This document shows positions 1 through 9,954 of a stretch of DNA of 64,000 nucleotides, piece after piece. The stretch's first letter is position 1. Each line of letters begins with the position of its first letter. The DNA lies in contig CM082594.2 in the NCBI GenBank assembly GCA_040954595.2, positions 2,899,319-2,963,318 on the forward strand, written 5' to 3'. The notes under the pieces are model-generated. The model was not told the origin of the DNA. It searched no databases and saw nothing but the letters and a program-made list of their open reading frames with translations. This DNA comes from Balanoglossus misakiensis (Eukaryota > Animalia > Hemichordata). A program made the position numbers and the translations under genes.

Positions 1-161
1 AGCTATTCTATGCTTATTTCATTCCCTGTTAACGTATGTGCTATGCCAGTAGATACTGATATTATTGTTAAGATTTTCCAGTGAAATAGCTTGCATTGCA
101 TCGTATTTAACGACACGTCAGAGTCCTCCCAAATTGCCTCTCATTTTATGGAAGAAAAAAA

Positions 162-1586
162 ATGGCTGTGTCCAAAATATCAATTCAAGAGCGAAGCATT
201 TATGTGCAACACTTGCCTTTTGAATGTACAAAGAAACATTTTAGAGAATTTATCGAGTTACAGCTTGGTTTGGCCCAGGTTGATCAAATTTATATTTCTG
301 ATAAAGATTCCGCTTTTGTCATATTTGAGAATATAGAATCAGCCACAGCCGCTCTGCCAGTAATACATAAAAGCACTTTTGAAGAAAGCAAATTACGGGC
401 AAGTCGTGTGACCACAGCCCGAGGGTTGGAACTGTGGCATTTAATTGAGGAAACCGAACAAAGTACTGGCCTAGATTACAATGAAACCAGTGATCCCAAG
501 ACATCCAAACCCAAAGCAGATGTACAGGAAATTATTAACATGTTGAGTTTACTGTCTGAAACAGATAGGAAAGCGGTTGCACAGGCCATATCACCTGCTC
601 CACTGAAACCAATCGTATCAACCCCTATGCCACAGCCGATTCCATTTCCAGCATTTCCAGTACCAACTTCAGTTGCAGATTCTTCACCATTTATTATGTC
701 TTCACCTGCCCAAGCAGCTGCTGCACAGCCAGCCACAGCCACTACTGCTTTTCACTCGGTGGAATTCCCAAGAATAGTCGTCTTCTCTGGCAAAGGTGAT
801 GTCACTTATGAAATGTGGCGATATGAAGTTCGAGCACTACACAGGGAGAATGTGTTTCCGGAGACCATAATTATGCAGGCTGTTCGGAAATCCCTACGAG
901 CGTCCGCTGCTGAAGTCCTACTACATATGGGAGAAGACATCACAGTGTCCCGATTGATGGCGAAGATGGACATGGTCTTTGGGAAAGTATTGCCACCGGA
1001 AGCAGTTTTGGAAAAATTCTATACAGCACGACAAACGAAGACAGAAAAGGTAGCAGAATGGGCCTGTCGCATCGAAGGACTTTTGGATGAACTCAGATCA
1101 GGTCAGTCCATCTCTAGTAATTCAGAAGAAACCATGCTTCGAACCAAATTCTTTTCTGGCCTGTCAGATGAGCACATTAAGAATGCAATCAGACACCGAT
1201 ATGATACGGGAGAAGATTATTCAGGATTGTTGCTAGCCGCAAGAAAGCTTGAAGTAAATAGGGAGACCACTACCAGGGTTCACCAAGCAACTGTTGCTGA
1301 CAAGACGATGATAACCAAATTGGAGGAACTTACCAAAGGTCTGAAGAACTTAGCTGAGAAGGTTGCTGAACTAGAGAAGCGAACTTCAACATCATCAACT
1401 CCAGAGTCTACTTTTCGCCGACGTGTCAACAATGAAAATGGCCGGGATCGGCGTGGCAACGATGGAACTCGCCAACCCAAACAAGTTTTCCCAGGCAACT
1501 GCTTCAAGTGTGGTGAACATGGACACAAAAAGACAGACTGTCCTTTAAATGGGGAGCGACCAGGCATCCGGAGGGACATGCGCTAG
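162..1586 (+). CDS. gag: Gag: N-terminal RRM-like domain, Pro/Ala-rich linker, PNMA-like capsid, coiled coil, CCHC zinc knuckle
   Basis: RNP2-like IYVQHL and RNP1-like DSAFVIF; capsid motifs FSGKGDVTYEMWRYEV and AVRKSLRASAAEV; knuckle CFKCGEHGHKKTDC. Confidence 0.93.
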   Translation: MAVSKISIQERSIYVQHLPFECTKKHFREFIELQLGLAQVDQIYISDKDSAFVIFENIESATAALPVIHKSTFEESKLRASRVTTARGLELWHLIEETEQSTGLDYNETSDPKTSKPKADVQEIINMLSLLSETDRKAVAQAISPAPLKPIVSTPMPQPIPFPAFPVPTSVADSSPFIMSSPAQAAAAQPATATTAFHSVEFPRIVVFSGKGDVTYEMWRYEVRALHRENVFPETIIMQAVRKSLRASAAEVLLHMGEDITVSRLMAKMDMVFGKVLPPEAVLEKFYTARQTKTEKVAEWACRIEGLLDELRSGQSISSNSEETMLRTKFFSGLSDEHIKNAIRHRYDTGEDYSGLLLAARKLEVNRETTTRVHQATVADKTMITKLEELTKGLKNLAEKVAELEKRTSTSSTPESTFRRRVNNENGRDRRGNDGTRQPKQVFPGNCFKCGEHGHKKTDCPLNGERPGIRRDMR

Positions 1587-1608
1587 GTCGGAACGGTAAC
1601 AGTCCCTC
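1544..1608 (+). promoter_or_regulatory. -1 ribosomal frameshift signal: slippery heptamer plus predicted pseudoknot
   Basis: T TTA AAT (1544-1550) in gag frame; after a 6-nt spacer, stems CGACC/GGTCG and GCAT/ATGC; loop GAGGGAC (1571-1577) complementary to GTCCCTC (1602-1608); the -1 frame is the pol frame. Confidence 0.8.
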
Positions 1609-4600
1609 TAATGTTATTGATTCTTTAATAGGCCACGCCAATGAAACTGAGATTGTGCTGGAAGGATCCTCGTGTATTGCGCTGATAGACACCGGGTCCA
1701 TGGTATCTACTGTTGCTGACACTTTTAACAGAGAGAAGCTACAGAAACCAATTCATGACCTGAACAACTTGGTGAAGGTAGAAGGGGCTAGTGGTACAGA
1801 AGTTCCTTACCTTGGTTATATTGAAGTTGAAGTGAAATTCCCAGATAGCCATGGACAAGAGATGTCTAAAGATATATTATTGCTTGTTGTTGAAGACACG
1901 GAATATAATCAGATGGTTCCAGTTGTGATAGGCACAAATGTTCTCCAACATTTTGTGGATGAAGATACACAGTACAGTACAGACCTATCCTCAGTATGGA
2001 GACTAGCATACCAAGCGACTATCCACCGGCAGAGGGCCGAAGGTAGGACATTTACAGTTACCACTACTAAACCCACAACCATTGGACCATACGAACGCAC
2101 AGTCATCCATGGATTTTGCAGAGTGGACCTAAGAAATTGTCAATCAGTAGTTGTGGTGGAACCAGAAAATGACAGACTTTTACCTGGTGGTTTACTTGTT
2201 ACTCCAGCCGTGTTGAAGTTAGAGCCTCGTGGTAATTCGTGTCGAATCCCAGTAATGGTGACCAACTATGGAGCACGTGCTGTCACAGTTCCCCCTAAAA
2301 GCACCCTATGTAACATGAACTTAGCATCTAATGTCTCACAGCCTTTAGATCCATATGGAGATGATATTGATACAAACTCAGATGGGACCACCTCACCAAA
2401 AGTACCCGATTGGCTGATAAAAGACCTGGGATTACAAGAGGCAGATACAGAATTAACAGAAATCCAGAAAGACCAAGCCTTGGCTACCATTGGTAAATGG
2501 CAAACCGTGTTCTCTACAGGTGAGAGAGATTTGGGACACACAACATTGGTAACACATTCGATAAAGTTAACGGATGAAACCCCCTTTAAAGATAAATACC
2601 GTCGAATCCCTATGGGTATGTACGAAGAATTGCAACAGTACCTGCAAGATATGCTACAGAGTGGTGTGATTAGAGAATCAAACAGCCCGTGGTCCTCAAA
2701 TGTTGTATGTGTCAGAAAACCTGATGGGAAGCTGAGGGTGTGTATTGATTATAGACGTCTCAACGCCAAAACCATTAAAGACGCTTACGCATTACCCCGG
2801 GTATTGGATACGCTTGATAACCTTAGTAACGCCGAGTGGTTTTCATCGCTTGATCTACGGTCTGGATATTACCAAGTAGAGATGGCGGAAGACGACAAAG
2901 CGAAGACAGCTTTCACGGTGGGAAACTTCGGCTTATTTGAATTCAACCGTATGTCTATGGGTCTGACCAACGCACCTGCAACTTTCCAGCGTCTCATGGA
3001 GAAGTGTTTTGGAGAATTGGCGTTCAGAGAATGTTGTGTGTATTTAGATGACATCATAGTATTTTCGAAGACTTTTGAAGACCACCTCAATAGATTGGAG
3101 CGGGTATTCCAGCGGCTGGCATCACATGGATTAAAGTTGAAGGCAACGAAATGTGTTTTATTCCAGAAGAAGGTGAAATATCTTGGACACGTGGTATCAG
3201 CCGACGGAATTACAACGGACCCAGACAAGGTAGCAGCTCTGAAGGAATGGCCAATACCCACTACTGTAACAGAACTGAGAAGATTTCTTGGATTTGCAGG
3301 GTATTACAGGAGATTTATCCAAAGCTACAGTAATATTGCCAAGCCACTTAACGACTTGCTGTGTGGACGTCAGTCAAGGAATAAGGCGGGAAAATTTGAA
3401 AAACTCCAGTGGGGACAACAGGAACAACAAGCTTTCGACACTCTGAGGAAGAGCCTAATGTCGTCACCAATACTAGCCTTTGCTGACTACTCACTTCCAT
3501 TTGAAATACATACTGATGCAAGTTCCACAGGTCTGGGAGCAGTGCTGTATCAACGCCAGAAAGGTATTCTCAGAGTAATTGCCTATGCAAGTAGAGGACT
3601 CACCAAGTCTGAAAGTAATTATCCAGCTCATAAATTAGAATTTTTGGCACTGAAATGGGCCGTCACCAAGAAGTTCAACGACTACCTGTATGGAAGCAAA
3701 TTCACTGTGTTTACAGACAACAACCCTTTGACGTATGTGTTAACTTCTGCGAAACTGGATGCGGTGGGACACAGATGGTTGTCAGACTTGTCATTGTACG
3801 ACTTCTCTATTGTTTACCGGAGTGGTAAGAAGAATATAGAGGCTGACGCTTTGTCTAGGATTCCATGGAATAGAGAGAATCCAGAGACGGAAACCAATCT
3901 GGGAGCCGATGTAGTCCAGGCGCTTTGTCGAGCAACAGAAGGTCCATACGTAACTTCATTCGGAATGGTAGCAGATGAGGACAGACCTGCAGTAGTTCAA
4001 GGTGGGGATGATGTGTTCTGGAAGACGGAGCAGTCCAAAGATTCAACAATACGGTATGTGACTGATCAGCTTGAAAAGGACCACAAACCACTTATGAGAG
4101 ATCATACAGGAGATATCAGACTACTTATACGAGATTGGAAACGCCTTGTTCTGAAGAATGGAGTCCTATACAGGAAATGCTTCATCGATGATATACAATA
4201 TTTGCAACTTGTCTTACCAGTACACCATAGAAAAGATGTCCTGGAGGAACTACATGATAAACTTGGACACTTTGGCCAAGATAAAACCCTGGATCTGGTA
4301 CGACGAAGATTCTACTGGCCTAGGATGTCGATGGATGTTCAAAAGAAGGTGGAACATTGTTTACCATGCATTCGCAGGAAAAGTTCAACTTCCTTACCCA
4401 GAACTCCCTTGGTTAATATTCACACATCACAACCGATGGAAATGGTGTGCATCGACTTTCTCCATATACCAACACCAGATCAAGGATATAGCAACATATT
4501 AGTGATGACGGACCATTTCACTCGATACGCTATAGCAGTACCTACAAAGAACCAGTCTGCCAAAACAACTGCCAAAGCATTGTTTGAACGTTTGATTTTG

Positions 4601-5803
4601 CATTATGGGTTCCCAGGACGATTACACGGTGACCAGGGGCGAAACTTTGAGTCGTCTACAATTCAGGAACTTTGCCGAATAACAAATATTAAGAAGTCCA
4701 GGACCACTCCATACCACCCCCAGGGAAATGGAATGTGCGAACGATTTAATAAGACGTTATTACAGATGCTTGGAACTATGAATGAAGACAACAAGACAAG
4801 ATGGGCTTCACATGTCAATACGATGGTTCATGCCTATAATTCTACAAAGCATGAAAGCACCGGATATTCACCTTTCTTTTTGATGTTTGGTCGTGAACCA
4901 AGACTGCCTATAGATGTATCTGGACATGCAGACCAGACCAACCTAGAATATGGTGGAACAGTTTCAGATTATGTGACGAAACTTGCCGAACGGTTGGATT
5001 ACGCCTATAAAGTAGCAACGGAACGGTCTGTTAAGTCTGGTGAACGGCAGAAGAAGTCATATGATAGAAAAGTGAAGGTGGCCATAATACAACCTGGTGA
5101 TACTGTGTTGGTGAAGAATACAGGACCTAAAGACAATTACAAATTGGCAGACCAATGGGAAAAGGATCCATATACAGTGATTTCACAGCCCATAGAAGAC
5201 ATTCCAGTATACGTGGTACAAAAACAAGTTAAGGGTGGAAGGAAGCGGACACTACATAGAAATTTGCTACTCCCAATACCAATAATTCCGGACGAACTGG
5301 ATGACGATGTTAACACCAAGATGACGCAGCGTGATGTTAAGCAGAGTGTACCGGGTGTTATCAACGATGCTACCCAGGATGCAGTGGACGAAGAGGATGA
5401 CGGCATTGGTAAATTGCAATTCGTGTCAACTATCAACTTGCCAACAGAACACAATGCTCTTAATCCTACTGCTGCAGAATTCATCCCATCCAGAAGAGAA
5501 AGTTCCCTGATGGACAACCCCACAAGTATGGTTAATCCGGATGGACCTTCTCAAGTACTTACCTCAGATTTCTCGAATCATATTTTGCAAAGTACGGATG
5601 GTTGGTCATCGAGCGATCCAGATGGTATCCCTCCTGCTACAACCAACATCAGTCCTGACTCCAGTAGTAGTACTCAACCTGAACCACGCTATCCTACACG
5701 ACAGAGACGACCTCCAGATAGATATAGTCCCGAACAATGGAATCTAAAACAGTTTGCTCATACGACTTTATCTTCTATACCATTTATTAATTGCCACTAT
5801 TAA
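1544..5803 (+). CDS. pol: Pol polyprotein (aspartic protease, RT, RNase H, integrase), probably made as Gag-Pol by -1 frameshift; ORF track starts it at GTG 1655
   Basis: ALIDTGS; CIDYRRLN, SSLDLRSGYYQV, YLDDII; HTDASSTGLGAVL; LHDKLGH...CLPC (HHCC); CIDFL / HGDQG / CERFN (DDE); frame stays open from 1544 to 1655. Confidence 0.96.
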   Translation, partial: FKWGATRHPEGHALGRNGNSPSNVIDSLIGHANETEIVLEGSSCIALIDTGSMVSTVADTFNREKLQKPIHDLNNLVKVEGASGTEVPYLGYIEVEVKFPDSHGQEMSKDILLLVVEDTEYNQMVPVVIGTNVLQHFVDEDTQYSTDLSSVWRLAYQATIHRQRAEGRTFTVTTTKPTTIGPYERTVIHGFCRVDLRNCQSVVVVEPENDRLLPGGLLVTPAVLKLEPRGNSCRIPVMVTNYGARAVTVPPKSTLCNMNLASNVSQPLDPYGDDIDTNSDGTTSPKVPDWLIKDLGLQEADTELTEIQKDQALATIGKWQTVFSTGERDLGHTTLVTHSIKLTDETPFKDKYRRIPMGMYEELQQYLQDMLQSGVIRESNSPWSSNVVCVRKPDGKLRVCIDYRRLNAKTIKDAYALPRVLDTLDNLSNAEWFSSLDLRSGYYQVEMAEDDKAKTAFTVGNFGLFEFNRMSMGLTNAPATFQRLMEKCFGELAFRECCVYLDDIIVFSKTFEDHLNRLERVFQRLASHGLKLKATKCVLFQKKVKYLGHVVSADGITTDPDKVAALKEWPIPTTVTELRRFLGFAGYYRRFIQSYSNIAKPLNDLLCGRQSRNKAGKFEKLQWGQQEQQAFDTLRKSLMSSPILAFADYSLPFEIHTDASSTGLGAVLYQRQKGILRVIAYASRGLTKSESNYPAHKLEFLALKWAVTKKFNDYLYGSKFTVFTDNNPLTYVLTSAKLDAVGHRWLSDLSLYDFSIVYRSGKKNIEADALSRIPWNRENPETETNLGADVVQALCRATEGPYVTSFGMVADEDRPAVVQGGDDVFWKTEQSKDSTIRYVTDQLEKDHKPLMRDHTGDIRLLIRDWKRLVLKNGVLYRKCFIDDIQYLQLVLPVHHRKDVLEELHDKLGHFGQDKTLDLVRRRFYWPRMSMDVQKKVEHCLPCIRRKSSTSLPRTPLVNIHTSQPMEMVCIDFLHIPTPDQGYSNILVMTDHFTRYAIAVPTKNQSAKTTAKALFERLILHYGFPGRLHGDQGRNFESSTIQELCRITNIKKSRTTPYHPQGNGMCERFNKTLLQMLGTMNEDNKTRWASHVNTMVHAYNSTKHESTGYSPFFLMFGREPRLPIDVSGHADQTNLEYGGTVSDYVTKLAERLDYAYKVATERSVKSGERQKKSYDRKVKVAIIQPGDTVLVKNTGPKDNYKLADQWEKDPYTVISQPIEDIPVYVVQKQVKGGRKRTLHRNLLLPIPIIPDELDDDVNTKMTQRDVKQSVPGVINDATQDAVDEEDDGIGKLQFVSTINLPTEHNALNPTAAEFIPSRRESSLMDNPTSMVNPDGPSQVLTSDFSNHILQSTDGWSSSDPDGIPPATTNISPDSSSSTQPEPRYPTRQRRPPDRYSPEQWNLKQFAHTTLSSIPFINCHY

Positions 5804-6029
5804 TCAAATATCTTTAACTTACTTTAAATGACGAGGACGCCATTTCTCCTCGCAGGGGTGCGTGTAACGGCCTTGTTGATCCATTGAATTTGTATACATG
5901 TATATCTGTATGTATGTTATACCTGTATCTTATAGTAATTAGTTATTCAATTATTCATATGACGTAATAGTACTTACCTTCAATTGGTTGATCTTAATTA
6001 TATGCAAACCACCTGGAAGTTTCATTTGA

Positions 6030-6106
6030 CCAATGAACACAAGCTAATCTGGCACTATGATGTAATTGCTGATATAAAAGGACATGGTGCATAAAATTGG
6101 TCAGTT
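6030..6106 (+). promoter_or_regulatory. LTR Pol II core promoter
   Basis: CCAAT 6030-6034, TATAAAA 6073-6079, initiator TCAGTT 6101-6106 with its A exactly 30 nt after the TATA start. Confidence 0.75.
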
Positions 6107-6422
6107 CACCTCTGTAGCCAGACCGGCCACACACGTTGGAACTGACATGTATTTGTTCCATTTCAGGTTAGTTTCCTTGTACCTTACCTGTTGCTTGAAG
6201 CTTTGTATTTTGGTGCATTCTACCGACTCATTTCAGCACAAGTAATTGGTGTCTTTAACTTGCGTCAATTTTCCAATTGTATGTCTATATTTTTCACTTG
6301 CATGAATTTTGGTGTATTCTGTTGGAAATGGAACTCCCATACATGTGTGTAATTTAGCAGTTCACCTCTGTAGCCAGACCGGCCACACACGTTGGAACTG
6401 ACATGTATTTGTTCCATTTCAG
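6102..6422 (+). repeat. Perfect 65-bp direct repeat inside the LTR (6102-6166 and 6358-6422)
   Basis: CAGTTCACCTCTGTAGCC...GTTCCATTTCAG is identical in both copies; copy 1 is followed by GTTAGT, copy 2 by TTATTAAA. Confidence 0.97.
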
Positions 6423-6795
6423 TTATTAAATGTAAGGCCTATGTCTTTGTTACCCGTAACCTGTTTGGTGTGAATATGTTGGAATGAACGGCGACAACCG
6501 TGACATAATTAATCAGTTAATGATATACTAAAAGTGGGCAGCTACTAGGGCTTTAATTTTGCCCGGCGTCTTGGACAAAATCCTTCTTTTCTTGACAGAA
6601 ATGACTCCTTCAGTCGTAGTTAGAGAGCTTTGATATTGATATCTTTCCGGCAAAATTAAAGTGTGTTTGTGTCCGGTAAGGGCAAACCCTTCTGCTCAGT
6701 TTAGACAGTGACGAGCAGTGCTATATTCGAAACGTTTTACAGTTTGGGCATCGATGTTTGAATGACGTTGCATTTGTTCACCGAGTAGTCGCCTA

Positions 6796-9395
6796 TTAGC
6801 AGCCAACTTCATCGCTACCGTCGTGGCAGTCCGCCCCTCCATCACAGCGCCAACTGCTATATGTGCACTGACCAAAGTATTGACATCGCCACTCTTCTAG
6901 CGCACACGGGCTTGAATCTAAACCCAAGAAAACATTATTGTAAAACATGTTTTTTGCCTCAGAATGACAACATTCTCAATTGGTCCACGTGAATAATAAC
7001 GTCACTCCATTAGAATGATATAAGATGTCAAATATAAGCATACCGTTGTCCAACTCATACATGGCCCACTAAACCCCCTGCAGCTGTATCTGAACAATAT
7101 GTGAGACCGTTAACACTAGTCTGGTCCCCTGCCCCAATCCCACCGCTGGCTGCGCTACGCTACAGGGAAAGGGCCAGGCACGGCCTATTGTAAACATGGC
7201 TCTCATTGGTCAATAAATACGAGCATTAAGTTGTAAGGCCTAAGTTGTTGTAAGATACTTATTTCCCGTTCTCTCCTTCACCTCCATGAATGTTTATCAT
7301 TAGATTTCCAACTTATCGACAAATGAAACGCCATAAACCGCCTGGACGAATCTTGACTGGCGTACGGACATTGGAGGCATCCATCTTGTTTATGATCACG
7401 TGGTCTGCTCAGGTTTCTGGGCATGATATCGGGCCGTACCTGACCCCTTTCCCTTTAGCGTAGTGCAGCCAGCGGTGGGATTGGGGCAGGGGACCAGACT
7501 ACGTTAAAGGTATACAGTCACTTCAAATTACATATTATTATGATATACCCATATATGGCTGAAATGGCATATTTGAGTGTTCTAAAGAACATATGGTGGC
7601 GCTCTTTTTTTCGCGTGTGCCACCCACTGAAAATCTGTGATTGGCTAGATCTCAATTTGCCATGGTAACTGTGGCTCATTTTCCATAGGTGACTGTATAC
7701 CTTTAACACATGGGAGCACAACGTACTAACTGGCTGTCATCGACAATGCATATGCGCGACTTTTCTGTTTATGAACACACCATCCTCACTGTTCCAGCAG
7801 TACACGTTATATCCGTTATATCAAACTAACCTGAAAATGTGATCAATATAATGATGCGGATTGTGTGTTATAAACAGAAAAGTCGCACATGTGCAGTTCA
7901 GACGAAACTTCCCCTTCAAGACTGTAGAATGCATGCCCATACACATGGCCCAGGCGTAATAGTTCGGTCTTTAATGTACGTATTAAAATCAGAAACTTAC
8001 TGCAGTGGGCTTCATCACTGTTGTCGCCACAGTCGTCGTAATTGTCACATTCCCAATGCGCAACTATACATTTACCATTGAAACATTGAAAGCCTGTGCA
8101 TGGACCTGCAATGATGGCAAGGAAAAGGCATATTGTTTCAATACAGTCCATTCTTTAGATATATACCCCTTATTTTGCAACACATTTCTGCTAGCACGTT
8201 ATGTCAAAAACTTTAATAATGGAGATATTACCTCAAACAAAAAATAAAATTGCACAATACAATACAATACAATACAATACAATACAATACAATACAATAC
8301 AATACAATACAATACAATACAATACAATACAATACAATACAATACAATACAATACAATACAATACAATACAATACAATACAATACAGCACAACACAATAC
8401 AATACAATACAACACAACACAATATGATACAATACTATACAATACAATGTAGCCGAGTAATTACAATGATAAAACAAAACAAACGGCAATAACACAAACA
8501 AGACAGCACAGATCATCAAAGCAATAATTACAACACATGACCCATCGCTCCATGATAGCAGGGTGCTCAGTAAATATAAGCCTATAGATATGCTCGGCTT
8601 AGCAGAAGAACTACAAATGGCTAGAACTAACAAGAGACATACGGACGAGATGCACAAAATCCACAAATATTTAATTGTCGCACTACGGTGAGCACTTACA
8701 ATTATTTTCGTCAGTACCATCCCCACAGTCATCGTAGTTGTCACATCGCCAGGTGTTATAAATGCATCTACCGTCATTACAGCGGAAGTTTGGGTAACAT
8801 TCATCCAGCGGTAGAACTTGAATGAAAACGAAACATTCAGAAGTAACATATGAAATACCTTGGATCCAGCAGACTGTATGGATTTTCAGAAACACTGTTC
8901 ACTCTTTCGACTGGTGACGTCATCTGGTCCCAACACGACGACATACAGACTATCGATACTATATATTCAGCAAGCGCGGGAACATCCAGATGCAATGTAT
9001 GTAAATGATAGAATCTAGCAGACGTGCTGGTGCTCAGCCAGCAGTATTTGCACATATGGCTACAATTTCCCTATTTAACACTGTTTTTACCCTGTTCCTA
9101 TTTTCTTGTGAAGTCAATGTTATCCACACGTTTCAAATGTTCTAGCACTCTGACAGGATTTAGCCAAGTTTTACACTACACAATATACGAGAGTACATTA
9201 TTTAGACCTTCAGCGGAATTACACATGTAGTCAACTTGAGCTGCAGACATGAGATTACAATTGGTTTGATTGAATACTCACGGACACACGACAGCTCGTC
9301 ATCCCAATGTGGACAGTCATATACCTGATCACATCGTTTCGACATCGGAATACACAATCCAGTCTTGCATTGAAAATCCAGCCCACATGGACCTG

Positions 9396-9428
<33 letters not shown>

Positions 9429-9954
9429 AATTGGTTTGCTTGAATGATCGATAGATGAATTGATCGTCTGGTTGGTTGGTTGGTTCATTTATTTATTGAT
9501 TGATTGATTGAAATGTGAATGACTGGAATAGCCGCTTCGTACATCCGATAGCCTATATCCGAAGTTGTTTATAAAATAACTTAGTTCATATTACTAATCA
9601 TATGTTAAAAATATTTATTATAAGATAGTTTGTTTATTTTCTGACACTTTAACCCCGTATAACGTAGGAATAATCCAAACTTTACCTAATCTGCTCAGTA
9701 TTTGGCATTTCTCTGATCACCTTTGCACAGTTTATAAGACAACAACCCATTACGCTATATACAGGAAGTGTTGTCGAACGCTGCCTATTTAGTGAACAGT
9801 ATTTTTATATGAAGATGGCATATTTCCGAAGCCGTCCCTGTATACTTACAGTTTGCTTCATCACTACCGTCAGTGCAGTCATCAAAGCCGTCACATCGCC
9901 ATTCCATTGGAACACATCTCTTGTTGTCACAAACAAAATCTGGGGCACAGCTTG
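6796..9954 (-). CDS. Gene A C-terminal exons: five LDL-receptor class A repeats, one per phase 1-1 exon
   Basis: [34 protein letters not shown]; [34 protein letters not shown]; [34 protein letters not shown]; [33 protein letters not shown]; [36 protein letters not shown]-stop. Confidence 0.93.

Larger units (their letters stand above)
1..6505 (+). mobile_element. Ty3/Gypsy LTR retrotransposon, internal region plus 3' LTR (5' LTR and PBS upstream of the window)
   Basis: Uninterrupted gag and pol ORFs, domain order PR-RT-RNaseH-IN, purine-rich stretch before an LTR with TG...CA ends. Confidence 0.97.
5863..6505 (+). repeat. 3' LTR (643 bp)
   Basis: Starts TGTAACGG and ends CCGTGACA (imperfect 8-bp inverted ends); preceded by GCAGGGGTGCG PPT-like tract; contains CCAAT, TATA, Inr and ATTAAA. 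Confidence 0.88.

Noticed and set aside
319-5747. Short antisense and alternate-frame ORFs within gag/pol
   Set aside because: Shadow ORFs of a long coding region with no recognisable motifs
5803-5863. Possible env or chromodomain after integrase
   Set aside because: Only 60 nt separate the pol stop from the LTR; the Pol C-terminus is low-complexity with a PTRQRRPPDRY motif, not a chromodomain
7044-7089. Candidate extra gene A exon with AG/GT ends
   Set aside because: Contains a stop in the required phase and is not needed for frame continuity
8199-8492. ORFs with YCIVL/QYNTI repeats that look hydrophobic or TM-like
   Set aside because: Translations of the (CAATA)n microsatellite
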